Positions 16,010-16,101 of a stretch of DNA of 16,101 bases are shown here, piece by piece. Numbering within the stretch: position 1 is the stretch's first letter; each line of letters begins with the position of its first letter. The stretch comes from Tolypothrix carrinoi HA7290-LM1. Its GTDB lineage: Bacteria; Cyanobacteriota; Cyanobacteriia; Cyanobacteriales; Nostocaceae. The DNA lies in assembly GCA_019358935.1 (NCBI GenBank), contig JAHHIK010000151.1, positions 1-16,101 on the forward strand, written 5' to 3'. The position numbers and the translations under genes are program-made. Under the pieces are notes generated by a model. That model did no database searches and was not told the DNA's origin. It saw nothing but the letters and a program-made list of their open reading frames with translations.

Positions 16010-16101
16010 CTACCCATCATTTCCCGTTTGTCCAGCTATCAACCGTTCAACGTATTCTCTAAGCCGTTTTTGCCAGTTAGGAACGGCTTTCAATTTGTCT
16101 T
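16010..16101 (-). CDS. 3' end of a small hypothetical protein (partial, runs off the window)
   Basis: Manual translation gives ...DKLKAVPNWQKRLREYVERLIAGQTGNDG*, an amphipathic helical segment. Confidence 0.45.
   Translation of the reverse strand, partial: DKLKAVPNWQKRLREYVERLIAGQTGNDG

Overview
Accessory region from a filamentous cyanobacterium, probably Nostocales (more than a dozen HIP1 GCGATCGC sites and heptamer tandem repeats). From left to right: (1) A nest of mobile elements. A probable IS terminal repeat cuts the HNH domain of a group II intron. The intron sits in the RuvC region of a tnpB gene, and that IS200/IS605 element interrupts a phaB-like reductase. (2) An alpha/beta hydrolase and an SDR. 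(3) A minus-strand GH2-galT-M24-galK-cupin galactoside cluster with REP-like and palindromic inserts. (4) A heavily decayed type III-A CRISPR-Cas effector operon (cas10, csm3, csm4 and csm5 fragments), with no array or cas6 in the window. (5) An NHLP/RiPP export module: an HlyD-type adaptor, a Uma2 nuclease, and a C39 ABC transporter truncated by foreign sequence. The most notable unexplained signal is two copies of a small non-coding element (199 and 285 bp). Each follows TTTAT and ends in CTGTTCAA; for the copy in cas10 there is no target duplication and its removal restores the frame exactly. This points to a TnpA(Y1)-mobilised miniature element family.
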